The position numbers were made by a program, and so were the translations under genes. Under the pieces are notes generated by a model. That model saw only the letters and a program-made list of their open reading frames with translations, ran no database searches and had not been told where the DNA came from. A stretch of 64,000 nucleotides of DNA from an uncultured Chloroflexia bacterium (GTDB lineage: Bacteria > Chloroflexota > Limnocylindria > Limnocylindrales > CSP1-4): NCBI GenBank assembly GCA_963828165.1, contig CAWHDR010000001.1, positions 2,112,001 to 2,176,000 of the forward strand, in the 5' to 3' direction. Every line of letters begins with the position of its first letter. Position 1 is the stretch's first letter. Below are positions 62,362-64,000 of this stretch, piece after piece.

Positions 62362-63738
62362 GTGAAGCGGACCATGGCGATCATCCTTGCGGGCGGAGAA
62401 GGCGAGCGCCTCTCGATCCTGTCGCAGGAGCGCGCGAAGCCCGCCGTCCCGTTCGGTGGCAAGTACCGGATCATCGATTTCACGCTGTCCAACTGCGTCA
62501 ACTCGGACATCCACGACGTCGTCGTGCTGACCCAGTACAACCCGCGCTCGCTGAACGACCACATCGGCCTGGGCCGCCCGTGGGACCTCGACCGCAACCA
62601 GGGCGGGGTGAAGCTGCTCCAGCCGTACATCGCCCGGGGCAAGGTCGCCGAGTGGTATCGCGGGACCGCCGACGCCGTCCTGCGCAACATGAACGTGGTC
62701 GAGCACGACCCCTCGGACGTCGTCGTGGTCCTGGCCGGCGATCACATCTACAAGATGGACTACCAGCCGTTCATCGCCGCGCATCGGCGCCGGCGCGCGG
62801 ACGTGACCATCGCGGTGCGGCGCGTGCCGCTGGCCGAAGCGTCGCGGATGGGCATCCTGGCCCTCGACGACGCCGACCGGGTCACCGAATGGCAGGAGAA
62901 GCCCAAGCAGCCCAAGAGCGACCTGGCCTCGATGGGCGTCTACGTGTTCTCGAAGAAAGCCCTGCGCCGGTGGCTGTCCGAGGACCGCGTCGACTTCGGC
63001 CGCCACATCATCCCGGCGATGCTCGAGGCCAACGCTCGGGTCTTCGGCTACCGCTACAACGGCTACTGGCAGGACGTCGGCACCATCCAGTCGTTCTGGG
63101 AGGCCAACATGGCGCTCCTCGTCGACGACCCGGAGCTCGACCTCTACGACAAGGACTGGCTGATCCATACGCGCTCCGAGGAGCGTGCCCCGGCCAAGGT
63201 CGGGCCCACGGCCCAGGTTCATCGGTCGATGATCAGCCACGGCTGCGTCATCAACGGCACGGTCGTGAACTCGGTGCTGTCGCCTGGCGTGCGCGTGGAT
63301 GTCGGTGCCGTCGTCCGCGATTCGATCGTCATGTTCGACTCGGTCATCCGGTCGGGTGCCGTGGTCGATCGGTCGATCCTCGACAAGGAGGTCGTCGTCG
63401 GGCCGGGCGCGATCGTCGGTGACGGCCCGTTCCCGGACAAGCCCAACAAGATCGAGCCGAGCCGACTGAACACCGGCATCACGGTCGTCGGCAAGCGTTC
63501 GGTCATCCCCCGCGGCGCGCGTATCGGGCGCAACGTGAAGGTCGCGGCGGACGTTCGTGCGCCCGATTTCGTGAAGCGCGTCATCAAGAGCGGCGAATCC
63601 GTGGAGCCTCGTCCCGCGAAGCGCACGAAGACCGTGCGCGACGTCGTAGCGCCGATCCCCGAGATCGTCGCACCGCGCGGGGTCGCCAGTGGCGGACGCG
63701 CCAGTGGCGCACGCGGCAAGGGCGGCAGCGCGAGCTGA
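62362..63738 (+). CDS. glgC: glucose-1-phosphate adenylyltransferase
   Basis: [52 protein letters not shown]. Confidence 0.95.
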   Translation: MKRTMAIILAGGEGERLSILSQERAKPAVPFGGKYRIIDFTLSNCVNSDIHDVVVLTQYNPRSLNDHIGLGRPWDLDRNQGGVKLLQPYIARGKVAEWYRGTADAVLRNMNVVEHDPSDVVVVLAGDHIYKMDYQPFIAAHRRRRADVTIAVRRVPLAEASRMGILALDDADRVTEWQEKPKQPKSDLASMGVYVFSKKALRRWLSEDRVDFGRHIIPAMLEANARVFGYRYNGYWQDVGTIQSFWEANMALLVDDPELDLYDKDWLIHTRSEERAPAKVGPTAQVHRSMISHGCVINGTVVNSVLSPGVRVDVGAVVRDSIVMFDSVIRSGAVVDRSILDKEVVVGPGAIVGDGPFPDKPNKIEPSRLNTGITVVGKRSVIPRGARIGRNVKVAADVRAPDFVKRVIKSGESVEPRPAKRTKTVRDVVAPIPEIVAPRGVASGGRASGARGKGGSAS

Positions 63739-63824
63739 TCCGACGGTCCGTTCGGCCGCGCGAGTCTGCGATCCGACGGTCCGTTCGGCCCGCGCGAGCT
63801 GATCCGACGGTCCGTTCGGCCGCG
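63737..63824. repeat. ~32-bp tandem repeat, three copies
   Basis: GATCCGACGGTCCGTTCGGCC at 63737, 63770 and 63801. Confidence 0.9.
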
Positions 63825-64000
63825 ACTCGAGTCGGCGGCCAGGTTCGTGGATCATGGGCGCATTGGCAGGGCCGATCGGCGTTTGGGCCGATGTATGCGT
63901 GCGGATTCACTGCAGGTGAACGCTGACGAAGGCAAGGGTCCCTCGCACCGCGTGTAGCTGCGCCTGAAGGCAAATCCTTCACGGCGGGTGAAGGGTCGGA

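Noticed and set aside
63737-63824. CRISPR array
   Set aside because: Intervening segments are only ~10 bp and similar to each other; no cas genes
1287-63855. Many long antisense or alternate-frame ORFs (e.g. 1287-3659, 27107-28675, 29194-30684, 36315-38363, 62266-63855)
   Set aside because: Arg/Gly/Pro-rich shadows of real genes, expected in high-GC DNA; no motifs

Overview
High-GC bacterial chromosome segment, by gene repertoire probably a monoderm such as Chloroflexota/Limnocylindria (inference only). Many single-base frameshifts in conserved genes (nrdJ, ABC transporter, GH3, pepA, amylopullulanase) look like long-read consensus errors. Layout: (i) 1-11 kb, a ~2,580-aa secreted DNRLRE/Ig-repeat/zinc-metalloprotease protein plus a small lipoprotein, and a VOC-ECF sigma pair; (ii) 10.9-16.9 kb, a compact, visibly less GC-rich nine-gene minus-strand operon with a phage-type lysozyme fused to an endonuclease I domain, an M15-like peptidase, an NlpC/P60 enzyme, two alpha/beta hydrolases, a 4-TM protein and three small unknowns, with no obvious signal peptides or phage genes; this is the best candidate for an undescribed system; (iii) 17-28 kb, accessory genes including a K-channel-like protein lacking GYG and a translationally coupled heliorhodopsin / CarH-like B12 regulator / hydrolase operon; (iv) class II RNR with NrdR, LexA-like and DnaA-like boxes; (v) two copies of a ~190-200 bp element with 38-bp terminal inverted repeats, one beside an XRE-PD-(D/E)xK gene; (vi) a MerR / DUF2652-SRPBCC unit with a 19-bp-spacer promoter; (vii) an amino-sugar utilisation cluster; (viii) housekeeping genes (ccsB, add, pepA, prepilin peptidase, amylopullulanase, M23, glgC). 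No rRNA, tRNA, CRISPR array or transposase was recognised. All family calls come from reading motifs by eye, not from database searches.
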